Assembly: GCA_012295275.1 (NCBI GenBank)
Contig: CM022666.1
Location: 3,534,001 to 3,598,000, forward strand
Origin: Chrysomallon squamiferum
Taxonomy: Eukaryota > Animalia > Mollusca
Direction: 5' to 3'
DNA length: 64,000 bases
In this document: in pieces, positions 60,668 to 64,000 of the stretch
How positions within the stretch are numbered: position 1 is the first letter of the stretch
How the letters are laid out: every line of letters begins with the position of its first letter
Program-made: the position numbers and the translations under genes
Notes under the pieces: generated by a model
The model's database searches: none
What the model was told of the DNA's origin: nothing
The model's input: only the letters and a program-made list of their open reading frames with translations

Positions 60668-61186
60668 TAAATTAGGCTGCGTCTGTGTTCACAAAGGAGT
60701 GAAGCAAGTCTACGCTCTATGACAGGCTTCGTTGATTTTTACACCAGCATCCTATACAAAAAAATCGTATCATATTCTCTACCAGCTCACTCGATCATAT
60801 TTGATTGGCTAAGAGGAAATGTCCTCTACTTTATTTAAATTTACTGCTTAATGTTTTTTCTTCTGTCGTATTTAATTCTTCGCTATAGATTTCGTATAGT
60901 CATTTAATATACTATGAATAAAATGAGCAAAGTCATTATATGTATTTTTTTGTGTGTTTGTATTGTTCATAAATAAGCTACATATTATAGTTGTTATTGC
61001 TATAATAGTAGTAGTAATAGTAGTAGTTGTTGATGTAGTTGTGGTAGTAATAGTAGTAGTTGTTGTTGCGGTTGCTTTTGTCGTTATTGTTAAATAAAGA
61101 GTACAGCGTAACTTTTATTCCTGTGTCAACTAAGCCATAAACAACAAAAGGAGAACATGTAGTCTGTGTATCACACAGTGGAAAGT
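60668..61186 (-). promoter_or_regulatory. Putative non-coding first exon and promoter of the TNF gene
   Basis: Donor TTTA|gtaagta at 60668/60667 and acceptor ttacag| at 60110, 27 nt before the ATG. CCAAT box (gattgg ~60803), GGAA core ~60814, partial kB-like site truncated by the gap at 61186. Confidence 0.5.
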
Positions 61187-61386
61187 NNNNNNNNNNNNNN
61201 NNNNNNNNNNNNNNNNNNNNNNNNNNNNNNNNNNNNNNNNNNNNNNNNNNNNNNNNNNNNNNNNNNNNNNNNNNNNNNNNNNNNNNNNNNNNNNNNNNNN
61301 NNNNNNNNNNNNNNNNNNNNNNNNNNNNNNNNNNNNNNNNNNNNNNNNNNNNNNNNNNNNNNNNNNNNNNNNNNNNNNNNNNNNNN
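61187..61386. other. Assembly gap (200 N)
   Basis: Run of N of fixed length, typical of a scaffold join. Confidence 0.99.
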
Positions 61387-63264
61387 TTTTTCAAACAGTT
61401 ACAATAAGACTATAGGAAAATAATGACAGATCTTTCAGATATATATATTGCCTTTTTCTTCCTTTTCGTTAACGAAATGATTTTTATATTATGTGTTAGA
61501 GACAGCTGCACTTTAGGAGATAATAATATTGTATTGAAAACAAACAGTTGCATTTAATGTATTTATAAAACAGATGAGTATCAAGTTTAGTATTTCATTT
61601 TCCTATAGATACAGTCTGTGTCAAACAAGATTAAAATGTTATTAATATTAAGATAAAGACACACACATAAATAACATTATTTGAAAAAATAAAAGTAAAA
61701 TAATAAATAAAACCACACACACACACACACACAGACACACAGCTGCACTTTAGAAGATAATAATATTGCACAATGTTCACAAATAAACTACATGCATTTA
61801 TTGCTGGTTGTTACTGTTGTAGTTCTTGTTATTATTAATATTAACTTTGTTGTTGTCGTTCAGAGTTCAGGTGGAAAAAAAGCTAAAAAAAAAATAAAAA
61901 AGAGAAAACAATAATAAAAAAAACCCCAAACAATACAAATAAATCACATACTATTATCGCGCGCACACACACACACCGTGATCTATTTAAGAATATTGCC
62001 CTGAGTTGTTTTTATGATAGAAACTACGCCAAGAAGCTGTGATCTACAAGCAGGAACAGAAACAAAGAAAGAAAAACGTATTATCTGTATTATCTGATTT
62101 GAAATGCCCCGTGCAGTATAAAAGGGGTCAGGAAGCTTTTGGAGAGAGGTGATCAGACAGCTGTGCGGTGTTTTGGAGGAGTGTCAAGTTAATGTAATAG
62201 TTGGTGTCCAAGTGTACACACAGTGATCTATTTACGAATTTTCCCATGAGTTGTTTTTATGATAGAAACTAGACTACGCCAAGTACATGTGATGTAAATG
62301 ATATGCAGTGTTTTGAACGAGTGCCAAGTTAATGTAATAACTGGTGTCTGACCAAGCGTTGCCGACACCTGAACAGTAGCAGCGTGAATGAAGAAGACAG
62401 AGAAATGAGATCACACGTTAGATAAACTTTTCACAGACTTTTCCAAACAGCTATTTATAAACACTGCACGGGTACTTTTAAGTATGTGATATGAACATGG
62501 TTATATAACAGCAATATTTAACCTACTGTCTATAAAGTATACAAATTATCCTTCATAAAATAAAAATTAAATCATGTCACTGACTGGTGTATAAGTGAAA
62601 AGTGAGTTGAAAAATATGTTCATTAATTTTACTTGATATTTAAAAAAGAAAATAAGAAAATAAAAGAAAATGATAAATGCAGATCAAGACATTTGTGCTA
62701 CATTTAAAGTAGCTATCCAAGTAATAAAAATTATGAACAAGTGACCAGAGGTAAACAATACTAATTATAATGATGTTGATGATGATGATGATAAATTTAA
62801 TAGTAGTAGTAGTAGCAGCAGCAGCAATAATATAAATAGCAGGAGTAGTAGAAAGAATAATACTAGTAATCATGATTATATATTAATAATATAGCAGTAG
62901 TAATAATGATGAAGATGATAGTGGTAATAAAGTTAATAATGATGATGATGATGATGATAGACATAATAAAATTAATAATCATAATATTAATAAAAAGAAA
63001 ATTCTTATTGTGATAAAAAAAAAAAAATGCTTTAAATAGATTGTTTATTATGAAAATTTTAAATGTAATGTATATATAAACATTTATTACACTGATCATT
63101 TCAATACATGAGTACATACTGTATAAAGAAAATCCTTTTTAACTGGATCATCCACATAACTTGTATTATTCATTGTAAAGTAATCAGTAAATATTTAACT
63201 TTCATCAGTCAATTTATTTAGAAAACCAGTAATATTTAAATATTTATTCACTGAATACAGCACA

Positions 63265-63354
<90 letters not shown>

Positions 63355-64000
63355 TCTTCAAAACTGAGCATCAAAAAGGGATGCTAGGAAGCAATGCTGT
63401 TTTGGCCTGGAGATTTAAAGAAAAAAAAAGTTAATGTAATAAATGTTGTCCAAGTGTTCAGTTGACAGCCTGGACTAAATTCCTCGCGTACCCCTGAACT
63501 ACAGCGTGACTTCTGTTCTCGTTTTCGGTAAGTTATAATAACCTATATATAACAGTACTGTCACCGATGTATAATAATAGTATCAATTGTCGGGATTTCC
63601 AGTAACCAATGACTACGTCAAGGTCTGTGTACACAATGAGGGAACTATTATCTGATGTAAATATAGCTTTCATGAATCTATGCGCAGCCGTATTAACAAG
63701 AGTTAAGCACGCGAAATATGATACCTGAAATTGTGGTATAGAACAGGCACTGACATGCGCAATTTAGTCAATGACGTGATAAAGTGGAAGTGTACAGACA
63801 AAAAATGTTAATATGTAAAGTTATTCAACTGACTGGGTAAAATAAAAAATAAGTTATGTAAACATCAATTGTGGTACATCTACAAAGTCATTTTATGCAC
63901 ACGTACACACTATTATGTAAATTTAGTTAATATTCGCAGTTTATTAACTTACTGCACAACTTTATTCAGAGCAAAGACCAGTTGGAAAAAATCCCAATGA

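Overview
AT-rich, microsatellite-dense animal genomic DNA with spliceosomal introns. Gene and repeat style suggest a lophotrochozoan, probably a mollusc (inference only). There is one 200-N scaffold gap (61187-61386). The centre (about 13.6-37.3 kb, + strand) holds an SLC16/monocarboxylate-transporter-family MFS gene. Its first three coding exons (TM1-8) and their introns are triplicated as a ~6.3-kb tandem unit whose junctions all fall inside (CT)n microsatellites; the last three exons (TM9-12) are single-copy. Splicing from the end of one unit into the next keeps the reading frame (1512 nt = 504 codons per unit), but copy 3 carries a 1-nt frameshift. Near the right end (58136-60083, - strand) is an intact 4-coding-exon, 264-aa type II membrane TNF-superfamily ligand. 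Both flanks (1-12 kb and 40-64 kb) are a shuffled mosaic of shared modules. These include degenerate copies of that TNF gene's promoter, TM exon and 37-nt micro-exon, an inverted TNF-domain fragment, fragmented copies of an unidentified multi-pass membrane protein gene, and hAT- and MULE-like remnants. Kolobok-like, hAT-like and SINE-like remnants also sit in the transporter introns. No rRNA, tRNA or CRISPR features were found.
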